64,000 nt of DNA from an uncultured Planctomycetales bacterium (GTDB taxonomy: Bacteria > Omnitrophota > Gorgyraeia > Gygaellales > Profunditerraquicolaceae). The notes under the pieces were generated by a model. That model was not told the origin of the DNA and made no database searches. It saw nothing but the letters and a program-made list of their open reading frames with translations. A program made the position numbers and the translations under genes. The DNA lies in the NCBI GenBank assembly GCA_964487475.1, contig CAZAPM010000005.1:1-64000 (forward strand), in the 5' to 3' direction. This document shows positions 45,505 through 53,627 of the stretch, one piece after another (the first letter of the stretch is position 1; each line of letters starts with the position of its first letter).

Positions 45505-47028
45505 TTACTCCGGAAGCGGCAAAACGAAGCTGAAGGTCGAGCCTTCTCCCGGCGCGCTTGTCACCCAGATGTTCCCGCGGTGCGCTTCGATGATGTGTTT
45601 GACCAGGGACAAGCCCAGTCCCGAGCCTTTCACCTGTTCGTTGATCTGGTTTTCCACCCGGTAGAATTCCTCGAATATCTTACTCGCGTCTTCCGGTGGG
45701 ATGCCGCATCCGGTATCCCTGATGTCGATCCGGATTGATCTCGATTCGTGCAGGGAGGATGAAACGGTGATCTTGCCCTGCGCCGGCGTGAATTTGAGGG
45801 CGTTGCCGATGATGTTGATGAATACCCGGCTGATCTGGCTCTTGTCCGCCATGATCGAAGGCAGGTTGTCGGCAAGCTCCAGCCCCAGGGCGATCTGTTT
45901 TTCCTTGAACTGTACCCAGAGCAGGTCCAGTACCCCGGCCAGCACTTCCTTGATGTCGACCGGCTCGGTCTTCATGATCACCCGTCCGGATTCGATACGG
46001 GCGATATCCAGCAGGTCGTTGACCAGGTGGGTGAGTTCGTCGCTGTGGCGGTTGATCTTGTCCAGGCGCAGCCGTACCCCTTCGGGCAGCTCTCCCAGTT
46101 TGTCCGAGAGCAGGAGGGAGGCGTAGCCTTTGATGGAGGTCAGGGGGGTGCGCAGCTCGTGGGAGACCGCGGAGATGAATTCGGTCTTCCGGTTGCTGAT
46201 GTTCTTCACTTCCTCCAGCGCCAGGGTCAGGTCCCGGGTCCTTTCCTCCACCTTGCGCTCCAATTCCTGCTGGTATCTCCAGGTTTTCTCGAAGAGGCGG
46301 GCGTTCTCCAGCGCCTGCCCGAGCTGATTGGAGAGGATGGTGATCAATTCTTCGTCCCCCTCGGTCATGACCGATTCGGGGTGGCTGGTGCCGGCGAAGA
46401 ATATGCCTTTGCTGCCTTCCTTCGGCAGCACCGGCGAACAGATGAAGGAGTGCGTTTGGAAGACCTCCTTGAATTCGTAGAGCAGGGCGGTGTTCTCCTC
46501 CGGACGCAGGGAAGAGAAATTCTTCTCCTTGTCCAGCAGCCCCAGGAAGGTCTGCTGTTCCTGCAGCAGGTATTTCTCCAGAAGCACCGCCTCATTCTCC
46601 TCGAACCCGATGGAGAGCTTGACGGAAGGAATCCTGCGGTCCTCTTCCCAGAGGATGCAGAAGGCTTTTTCGAAACCCATCTCCCGCAGCTGGGATGAGT
46701 CGAGGCGGGCGAAGACCTGGGATTCCTCGAGCGTGGTACTGATGGCACGGGAGAGCTTCTGCAGCGCGAAGAGGGAGGTGATCTTGCGGTCGAGCTCTTC
46801 CTGGGTCTTATGCAGTTCGATGTCGGTGCGCATGATCAGCTTCGCCTGCTCGTCCATCTCTTCCAGGGAATGGTTGAGCTTATCGATCAGGAGTTGCTGC
46901 TGCTGGATGCGCTCCATCTTGAAGGCCAGATAAATGGAGAGGGCAAAGGTGATCAGGATGCTCACCGGCCCGATCATCAGTGCCAGCCGTTCGATGGTAA
47001 GGACGTTTTCTAAGCTGAGCATATCCAT
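45505..47028 (-). CDS. GAF-containing sensor histidine kinase
   Basis: 'SHELRTPLTSI', 'NALKFT', 'DTGCGI', 'GSGLGL'. Confidence 0.93.
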   Translation of the reverse strand: MDMLSLENVLTIERLALMIGPVSILITFALSIYLAFKMERIQQQQLLIDKLNHSLEEMDEQAKLIMRTDIELHKTQEELDRKITSLFALQKLSRAISTTLEESQVFARLDSSQLREMGFEKAFCILWEEDRRIPSVKLSIGFEENEAVLLEKYLLQEQQTFLGLLDKEKNFSSLRPEENTALLYEFKEVFQTHSFICSPVLPKEGSKGIFFAGTSHPESVMTEGDEELITILSNQLGQALENARLFEKTWRYQQELERKVEERTRDLTLALEEVKNISNRKTEFISAVSHELRTPLTSIKGYASLLLSDKLGELPEGVRLRLDKINRHSDELTHLVNDLLDIARIESGRVIMKTEPVDIKEVLAGVLDLLWVQFKEKQIALGLELADNLPSIMADKSQISRVFINIIGNALKFTPAQGKITVSSSLHESRSIRIDIRDTGCGIPPEDASKIFEEFYRVENQINEQVKGSGLGLSLVKHIIEAHRGNIWVTSAPGEGSTFSFVLPLPE

Positions 47029-47031
47029 CCG

Positions 47032-48228
47032 TTATGTCCCCAGCGCCAGGAGACAGATGCTTTGGTTGTGAAAATAGGTCTTTCCCTTGAAATCGATGGA
47101 TTTCAAAGGGGCCTGCTCGCCGTAGGAGCACATCCCGAATATGGGGATATCCTCCCCGAACCCTTTTTTAATCAGGTCGAGTTCCTTCTGGATCGACCGG
47201 CCCAGCAGTTTGAGCCGGGAAACGGATTCCAGTACTATTATGCACTGTGCGTGCGTTCCTGCAAGTCCTAGTTTTGCCTCTTCGACGGCGTCTTCGGTGG
47301 CGGCAAAGGTGGATTCGCGGGTCCCGATCATGAAGCGGAGCATCCCGCCTTCCGGGACGTTGCCCTGGAAGACCAGGGATCCGTTGTCCTCGATGGCGAG
47401 GATGTTGCGGATCAGGTACTCCCGTTCGCTGGGCTGATAGATACCTACCGGATACAGGATGGATATCCTTTTGGCGTTCTGTTTGAGCTGGGGGAGGCTG
47501 CAGCGGAAGTATTCTTCGTATACGTTGCTCGCGGAGGTGCCGTCGATCTCGTAGACCCGGTTGCCTACGGCGCGGGTGACGGTGCGCGGCTTGCCCAATG
47601 GTTTGAGCCCGTGTTTGATCCCTACCCCGAAACGGAGTTTGCCCCCCCAGGAAACGGCGCAGGCCGCGTCATTGGAAACTTCGTCGTTGAAATAGACGTA
47701 ACTCTGGCGGCCGGAGAGGTCGTCCGAAGAAGAGCCTCCGATGATGGGAAAGCTCGTGCCCATCCGCTCCTGAAGCCCGCTTAAGAGCGCGGGGCTTTCC
47801 TCGCTCAGCCCTTCGCACAGCAGCAGCGCGAAATCGCGGCGGATATCCTTCAGTTCGGTAAGCAGGGCATCCCCCAGTATCTCTCCCGCTTTCAAACCTC
47901 CGTTGACCCGGATGTTCTTGACCATGCCCGGGCAGCAGTGCGCTTTGAGCGGCAGGCCTATCAGCAGCAGCGCCACCCCCTGGCGCATGAATCCGGAAGG
48001 GGTGATGGCGGCTGCGGTGCTGCATCCCAGAAGAGGCACGGGAGCGAGCAGTTCATGCAGGGCGCGCAGGGTTTTCTGATGGGCGTATTCAATGGTGGTG
48101 AAACACAGCGCCAGATCGATGGAATGGTCCAGGAAAGGGGCTTTGGCCTGGGCCACCGCTTCTTTTACCGCGAGCAGGTAGTCCCGTTTTGAGCTGGCAC
48201 CTATACCGAAAAGGAAGCGTTCAGACAT
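47032..48228 (-). CDS. FIST signal transduction domain protein
   Basis: 'LLGCSTA', 'IIGGSSSDD', 'SYGEQAP', 'FHNQS'; the start may extend to 48267. Confidence 0.85.
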   Translation of the reverse strand: MSERFLFGIGASSKRDYLLAVKEAVAQAKAPFLDHSIDLALCFTTIEYAHQKTLRALHELLAPVPLLGCSTAAAITPSGFMRQGVALLLIGLPLKAHCCPGMVKNIRVNGGLKAGEILGDALLTELKDIRRDFALLLCEGLSEESPALLSGLQERMGTSFPIIGGSSSDDLSGRQSYVYFNDEVSNDAACAVSWGGKLRFGVGIKHGLKPLGKPRTVTRAVGNRVYEIDGTSASNVYEEYFRCSLPQLKQNAKRISILYPVGIYQPSEREYLIRNILAIEDNGSLVFQGNVPEGGMLRFMIGTRESTFAATEDAVEEAKLGLAGTHAQCIIVLESVSRLKLLGRSIQKELDLIKKGFGEDIPIFGMCSYGEQAPLKSIDFKGKTYFHNQSICLLALGT

Positions 48229-48275
48229 GGTTTTCCCCAGTATATCTTCTTGCGATAGCAGGGTCAATATAATTG

Positions 48276-48304
48276 TTGACGAACCGCGGGAGTTTGATTA
48301 GAAT
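48276..48304 (+). promoter_or_regulatory. sigma70 promoter of the tRNA gene
   Basis: TTGACG-N17-TAGAAT ending 9 nt upstream of the tRNA. Confidence 0.7.
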
Positions 48305-48313
48305 AGCTCCCAC

Positions 48314-48391
48314 GGCCCCATCGTCTAGCCTGGTCTAGGACGAATGGTTCTCAGCCATTAAACACCGGTTCAAATCCGGTTGGGGCTACCA
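48314..48391 (+). tRNA. tRNA-Glu (anticodon CTC)
   Basis: Acceptor GGCCCCA/TGGGGCT+A+CCA, anticodon arm AATGG-TTCTCAG-CCATT, T arm CCGG-TTCAAAT-CCGG. Confidence 0.95.
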
Positions 48392-48418
48392 AATTCCTTC
48401 CCTTTTCAGGAGAGAGGA

Positions 48419-49972
48419 TTGTCCGAAAAACCGAGGGTTATCTCGTATGGCAGGCTCCAGGCGGGCCTGCCATTTCTCTTTCTGCTTACCGCGTTCCTCT
48501 GTAATTTCCGCCGTTTCTTCTTTGACGACGAGATCTTTACCGTCAGGCTTACCGGGCTTTCCTGGGATGAGCTTTTCCGGCAGCTGGTCCAGACCGAGGT
48601 CCATCCGCCCTTGAGCTATGCGGTGTATAAGCTTTGGTTCGGTCTTTGGCAGCCGGGAGTGGAGTCCGGACAGGTGCTTTCCCTGTTTTTGGCGGCGTTC
48701 GCCCTGTGGTGGTATGTGCGCACCTGGGCCCGGCTTTTCCCTTCCATCGGCTGGAGGTTCGTGTTTGTGGCGGTGCATCCGCTCCTGATACTTTGGGCCG
48801 GATCGGTGCGTTATTATTCCCTGCTGTATCTTTGTGTGAGCGCCTCGATGTGGTTTGCCGTGCAGCTGGCGCAGGGATCGCGCAGGTGCCGGGAGTGGGC
48901 GTGGTTTACGGCGGTCAGTATCGCGGGGATGTATACGGAAGCGATCTATGCCGCGGTGCTCATCCCGCAGCTGGCGCTTATCGCCTGGGCCGGCCGCGGC
49001 AAGGCACGCGGGCAGGCACAATCCGGTCCGTCGTTCGCCTTCCTCTGGTGCTGCGCGGTCGGGGTGATCGCGCTGGCCTTTTCCCCCTGGATGGATGAGA
49101 CCTTCATCCATTATCAGGCGAACCTCGGCCGTTTCTCCCGGTTTCCTTATATATATACCCTGGGATACATGTTCTTTGCGTCCTTCCTGGGCCAGTCGAT
49201 CCACCCTTTTAACTGGCCGGTCGTGATCCCTGCCGTAACGGTGTTTGCCGGGCTTACCTGTGCGGGGCTGGTGCGTGTGTTCCGGCAGCAGCGCCGGGAG
49301 GCGTGGATCTGGGCGTTGCTGTGCGCAGGAACGCTGCTGTTCGCTTCGCTCGTGCGGCTTACCACCTGCAGGCACTGGCTGTTCCTGCCGGGCCTGGTGC
49401 TGATCCCGGCCCTGTACGGCCTGGCGCAGATCCGGCGCAGGGGCGTGCGCATCGCCTGCACGGTGCTGGTAGCGGCAGTGTCGCTTACCGGCACGACGAA
49501 CGTCGTCCTTAAGCGGGAACTGCATAAGTCGGGGGTGAGCGATCCCCTCGGGGAGATCCTGTCCATGGTGGAATATTCTGTCCGCGAAGAGCCTTCGAGC
49601 GCGGTATTCTCGTATTACCGGTCCCTGGATTATTATCTGCAGCGCGCTCCTTTCTGCGAAGGCAGGTTCCTGCAGCTGTACGGTCCGTTTGACACGGCCC
49701 GCAGGAACGTTGAGGCGGCGCTGCGGGATGCTCCGGCGCAGGTGGTGTATATCTGGAGTTATGAGGGAGGGGATCCGGAAAGGGAGGCCATCGAAGGGAT
49801 GGTCCGCCGCGCGCTGGCCGAAAAGGGGTACCGGATATTCCGAGAGGAGAAGATATCCGCCCATGACCTGGCGCGCTGGGCTGCGCGGTATATGTCTCCC
49901 GCATTTCACAATCCCCGCGGTTACCGTTTCATAATAGAGGTATACCGCCTTGGGGTTCCCGAGGGAGGATGA
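48419..49972 (+). CDS. GT-C (family 39-like) membrane glycosyltransferase
   Basis: 'FDDEIFT', 'EVHPPLSY', 'VRYYS'; TTG start after GAGAGG chosen to avoid overlapping the tRNA. Confidence 0.75.
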   Translation: MSEKPRVISYGRLQAGLPFLFLLTAFLCNFRRFFFDDEIFTVRLTGLSWDELFRQLVQTEVHPPLSYAVYKLWFGLWQPGVESGQVLSLFLAAFALWWYVRTWARLFPSIGWRFVFVAVHPLLILWAGSVRYYSLLYLCVSASMWFAVQLAQGSRRCREWAWFTAVSIAGMYTEAIYAAVLIPQLALIAWAGRGKARGQAQSGPSFAFLWCCAVGVIALAFSPWMDETFIHYQANLGRFSRFPYIYTLGYMFFASFLGQSIHPFNWPVVIPAVTVFAGLTCAGLVRVFRQQRREAWIWALLCAGTLLFASLVRLTTCRHWLFLPGLVLIPALYGLAQIRRRGVRIACTVLVAAVSLTGTTNVVLKRELHKSGVSDPLGEILSMVEYSVREEPSSAVFSYYRSLDYYLQRAPFCEGRFLQLYGPFDTARRNVEAALRDAPAQVVYIWSYEGGDPEREAIEGMVRRALAEKGYRIFREEKISAHDLARWAARYMSPAFHNPRGYRFIIEVYRLGVPEGG

Positions 49973-50080
49973 GGGGGAATTTAAAATTTCTCTTGCTTTT
50001 TCCATCCGGGTGTGTTAATACAATAAATTAACACAACCATTTACCGGCTATCTACTTATGCGCACATCGACTATACATAC

Positions 50081-50120
50081 CCCAGGGCAGTGAACACGCA
50101 GTCACGCTCTGGGTTTTTTT
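50081..50120 (+). terminator. Intrinsic terminator-like hairpin upstream of the PPIase/Tad operon
   Basis: CCCAGGGC-A-GTGA / TCAC-GCTCTGGG stem followed by T7. Confidence 0.7.
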
Positions 50121-50144
50121 GTCGGCATCATTCAAGGAGGCCAT

Positions 50145-51086
50145 ATGGCGAGAGGTAAAGCGTTATTGATCGCGGGAGCTTGTGCGGCGTTGCTTTGGGG
50201 GTGCGGCAATATCCCTTTTTTATCCGGAGGTAAAAGCGGTTCCGGGAAGAAAACGGTCACGCCTCCGCGCGGCGAGAAAGTGGTGGCGATAGTCGGGGGG
50301 AATTACATTACCGCTTCCGACCTGAATAAAGAGGTGGAGACCTTCAATTCGATGATCGAGGAACAGGCCAAAAGAACGCAGACCAAGGCCGAGCTGATCG
50401 ATACCCAGGAAGAGAAGGTCGCATACCTTAAAGAAATGATGGTCCCCCGTTACATGTATTATGAGGAAGCCCTGGCCTTAGGGTTGGACAAGGACCCCGA
50501 TCTTAAGAAGACCATCGATATGTTCAAGATCAACGTGCTGGGAGACCAGGTGCTGCAGCAGGAGATCAAAAGGGCCGAGGTGACGGATAGGGACGTCGAA
50601 GAGTTCCTCTCCCAGAACAAGGACCATCCCTTCCTGAACAGCCCGGAAGCCCGCAGGGTGTATGAGATCGTCGTCGGAAGCGAGGCGCAGGCGAAGATGG
50701 TGCTCTCCGAACTGTACCGGGATGCGGATTTCTCCGATCTGGCCAGGCAGTACTCCACCTCCGCTTCCAAGGATAAGGGCGGGGATCTGGGGATGATCCC
50801 CTTGCCGCGTTCGGAGGACGAGGTCACGCTGGACCGCTCGTATTATGAGCAGGCATTTTCGTTGGAGCGGGGCAAGTTCACTCCGTATTTCAAGGATTCC
50901 CGGGGCAAGTTCGTGATCCTCAAGGTCACGGATATCAAGCCGGGAGCGCCTCTTCCCAGAAGCGAGATCGAACAGCAGGTCCGGGAAGGGCTCGCCGGTA
51001 AAAAACAGATGGAAGCGAAAAAAGCGCTCGAGGATAGCATAAAAAACCGTATCGAGGTGAAGTACTTCGAGGAAAAGGTGGAATAA
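50145..51086 (+). CDS. PpiC/PrsA-type peptidyl-prolyl isomerase lipoprotein
   Basis: Lipobox 'LWGC'; 'FSDLARQYS', 'KGGDLG'. Confidence 0.88.
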   Translation: MARGKALLIAGACAALLWGCGNIPFLSGGKSGSGKKTVTPPRGEKVVAIVGGNYITASDLNKEVETFNSMIEEQAKRTQTKAELIDTQEEKVAYLKEMMVPRYMYYEEALALGLDKDPDLKKTIDMFKINVLGDQVLQQEIKRAEVTDRDVEEFLSQNKDHPFLNSPEARRVYEIVVGSEAQAKMVLSELYRDADFSDLARQYSTSASKDKGGDLGMIPLPRSEDEVTLDRSYYEQAFSLERGKFTPYFKDSRGKFVILKVTDIKPGAPLPRSEIEQQVREGLAGKKQMEAKKALEDSIKNRIEVKYFEEKVE

Positions 51087-51088
51087 TT

Positions 51089-51970
51089 ATGCCCGTACAA
51101 ATGCCCAAGAAGTTCATTCCGCTTATCATCGCTGCGGTCGCCGGCTTGATCGCGGTCGTGCTGGTCAACAGCTGGATGCAGCAGCAGTCCGAGCTCGCCA
51201 AGCAGGATGCGGCCAACCGTTCCAAGAATATGGTGCCCGTGGTCAGGGCGACGCAGGATATCCCGGCCAACACCGAGATCAAGGAATCGATGGTCAAGGT
51301 GGAGCAGGTCGCGAAGTCCCAGGCGCAGCCCAAGGTCGCCGGTTCCCTCGGCGGGGTGGTGGGTATGGTCACGCTCGCGCCTTTCTCCAAAGGCGAGCAG
51401 GTAATCCTTAATAAGATCAGCCGCACGTCGGAGCAGGAGACGCTTTCTTCGCGGGTCCCGGCCGGCAAGCGCGCGATCACGATACAGGTGGATACGACTT
51501 CTTCCGTGGGCGGGCTCATCCGTCCCGGCGATCATGTGGATGTGGTGGGTATGGTGCCGTTGCCGCAGATGGGACCCGACGGGAAACCCGTGCAGCAGAT
51601 GACCACCATGCCGCTCTTCCAGGACGTGCTGGTGCTGGCGGTGGGGCAGGAATTCGAAAAGGTGGCGGCTCCGCGCGGCAAGGAAGTGACCAGGACGACC
51701 ACGGCTTCTTCTACTATTACCTTTGCGCTTTCCCCGCAGGAGGCGAATCTGGTGGCATTCCTGCAGGACCAGGGCAAGATCCGCCTGATCCTCCGTTCTC
51801 CGGGAGACCGGACCGTGCAGCAGGCTGCGCCGGCAAGCTGGGAGATGGTGTTCCGTACCGTGATGCCGCAGATGTTCCAGCAGCAGGAAAATGAAGTCGA
51901 GGCGGCGGGTTCCCGGCGTACCGTGGAAATTTACCGAGGCTTACAAAAAGAAGTAAAACCTCTTGAATAA
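51089..51970 (+). CDS. cpaB: Flp pilus assembly protein CpaB/RcpC
   Basis: SAF domain 'VVRATQDIPA'; 'GKRAITI', 'VGGLIRPGDHVDV', 'VLVLAVG'. Confidence 0.92.
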   Translation: MPVQMPKKFIPLIIAAVAGLIAVVLVNSWMQQQSELAKQDAANRSKNMVPVVRATQDIPANTEIKESMVKVEQVAKSQAQPKVAGSLGGVVGMVTLAPFSKGEQVILNKISRTSEQETLSSRVPAGKRAITIQVDTTSSVGGLIRPGDHVDVVGMVPLPQMGPDGKPVQQMTTMPLFQDVLVLAVGQEFEKVAAPRGKEVTRTTTASSTITFALSPQEANLVAFLQDQGKIRLILRSPGDRTVQQAAPASWEMVFRTVMPQMFQQQENEVEAAGSRRTVEIYRGLQKEVKPLE

Positions 51971-51991
51971 ATAGCTACGCAAAGGAGACCT

Positions 51992-53626
51992 ATGAGCAAG
52001 GGTAAAAAATTCTGCATTTTCTCCGTGGTGAGCATGCTGGCCTGCGCCGCATTCCTTTCGTTCTCGGAAGGGTCCGACGACGGCGTGATCCGCATCGTGG
52101 TCAATGATACCAAGCTGATCCCGGTAAGCATGCCTACGCGCGTGGCTATCGGCAATCCCGCGGTCGCCGATGTGGCATCCGTGAGCACTTCCGAGATCGC
52201 GATCAGCGGCAAAGCCCCGGGTAAGACCACCCTGGTGTACTGGGATAATTTCGGCGAGCAATCCGCAGAGGTCAAGGTCTTGAGCGAGGACGTCATCGAG
52301 AACAAACGTAAAGTTGACAGCCTGCTCGGGAACCTCGGATTGGTCGAAGTGTACACCAGGCCCGACGAGGATTCCGGTAAAGTGCTGATCTTGGGACGGG
52401 TGCGCCTGGCCAAGGATAAGGAGCGCCTGCTTCTGGCGCTGGGAGGCCTGAAGGATAAGATCATCGACCTTTCCGAGGTCAAGGAAGAGCAGTCGGTGGT
52501 GGAGATAGACGTGCAGGTCCTGGAGCTTAACAAGGATGCGACCAACACCCTCGGCATCTCCTGGCCCGGGCAGCTGGGCCTGGTGGAAACGGACCTTTCT
52601 CCCGCCATGACCGCCGCCGGCGCGAAATGGTCGACGCTTTTCAAGGTGCTTACCGGGAACCGGGGGATCTATTCCACCGAAGATAACTCGGTGACCGTGC
52701 AGCCTTTCCATGTGAAACTCGACGCCTTGGTCCAGGAGGGAAAAGCGCGTATCCTTTCCCGTCCGCGCCTGGCGTGCCAGAGCGGCAAGGAAGCGCAGTT
52801 GCTGGTAGGCGGCGAGAAGCCGACGTTCACCACCTCTACAACCGAGGGCGGCAGCACCTCCAGCACCATCGAGTATAAGGAATACGGCATCAAACTGAAG
52901 ATGAATCCCGTGGTATCCGAAGATAACCGTATCAAGCTTAACCTTTCGGTGGAAGTAAGCGACGTCGGCGATGCCGAGACTATCGGCGATCCCAACGCCC
53001 CTACGGCCAAGGCGTATCCTTTGACCAAGCGGACCGCCTCTACCGAATTGTTCCTCAATGACGGCCAGACCATGGCTATCGGAGGGTTGATCAAGCAGAA
53101 GTCGGAAGAGGACCTGCGCAAGTTCCCCTGGCTTTCCGACGTGCCGGTGCTGGGGATGTTCTTCCGCCAGCGGATCACCAAAACGGGCGGCGGGACGGGT
53201 ACGCGCGGGGACACCGAGCTTTTCATCACCCTTACCCCCACCGTGGTCAGCAAGGATATCGCAAGGCCTACCCCCGATATGAAGAAGGAAGTGGCGCAGA
53301 AGGTCCGTACCAGGCTTCCCGAGCCGGTACTCGCTCCGAAAGTCGCCAATTACGCCAAGGCGGTGCAGACCAAGATAGTCCGTCAGGCATCGTATCCGGC
53401 TTCGGCGAAAGAGGCGGGGTGGGAAGGCGTGGTCCGGCTTGGCCTTAAGCTCGCCGCAAACGGCGATCTGCTCGGCCTTAAAGTGAACCAGTCTTCAGGA
53501 TATAAGGTGCTCGATGAAGCGGCGCTTTCGGTGGCCAGGAGCCTGGCGCCTTATCCGCCGTTCCCCCCGCAGATCGACGCTCCGGAGTTGACCGTCGAGG
53601 TGCCGATCGTGTATCAGTCGAACTAG
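51992..53626 (+). CDS. cpaC: Tad secretin CpaC/RcpA with a C-terminal TonB_C-like domain
   Basis: 'RVAIGNPAVADV', 'ARILSRPRL', 'GGEKP', 'IGGLI', 'PWLSDVPVLG'; C-terminal 'YPASAKEAGWEGVV...SSGYKVLDEAAL'. Confidence 0.88.
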   Translation: MSKGKKFCIFSVVSMLACAAFLSFSEGSDDGVIRIVVNDTKLIPVSMPTRVAIGNPAVADVASVSTSEIAISGKAPGKTTLVYWDNFGEQSAEVKVLSEDVIENKRKVDSLLGNLGLVEVYTRPDEDSGKVLILGRVRLAKDKERLLLALGGLKDKIIDLSEVKEEQSVVEIDVQVLELNKDATNTLGISWPGQLGLVETDLSPAMTAAGAKWSTLFKVLTGNRGIYSTEDNSVTVQPFHVKLDALVQEGKARILSRPRLACQSGKEAQLLVGGEKPTFTTSTTEGGSTSSTIEYKEYGIKLKMNPVVSEDNRIKLNLSVEVSDVGDAETIGDPNAPTAKAYPLTKRTASTELFLNDGQTMAIGGLIKQKSEEDLRKFPWLSDVPVLGMFFRQRITKTGGGTGTRGDTELFITLTPTVVSKDIARPTPDMKKEVAQKVRTRLPEPVLAPKVANYAKAVQTKIVRQASYPASAKEAGWEGVVRLGLKLAANGDLLGLKVNQSSGYKVLDEAALSVARSLAPYPPFPPQIDAPELTVEVPIVYQSN

Positions 53627-53627
53627 T

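Noticed and set aside
48314..48391. tRNA as the attachment site of an integrated element
   Set aside because: No integrase nearby, and I saw no duplicate of the tRNA 3' end in the window.
48386..50005. 539-aa minus-strand ORF
   Set aside because: Shadow of the GT-C gene; Arg/Pro-rich composition with no recognisable domain.
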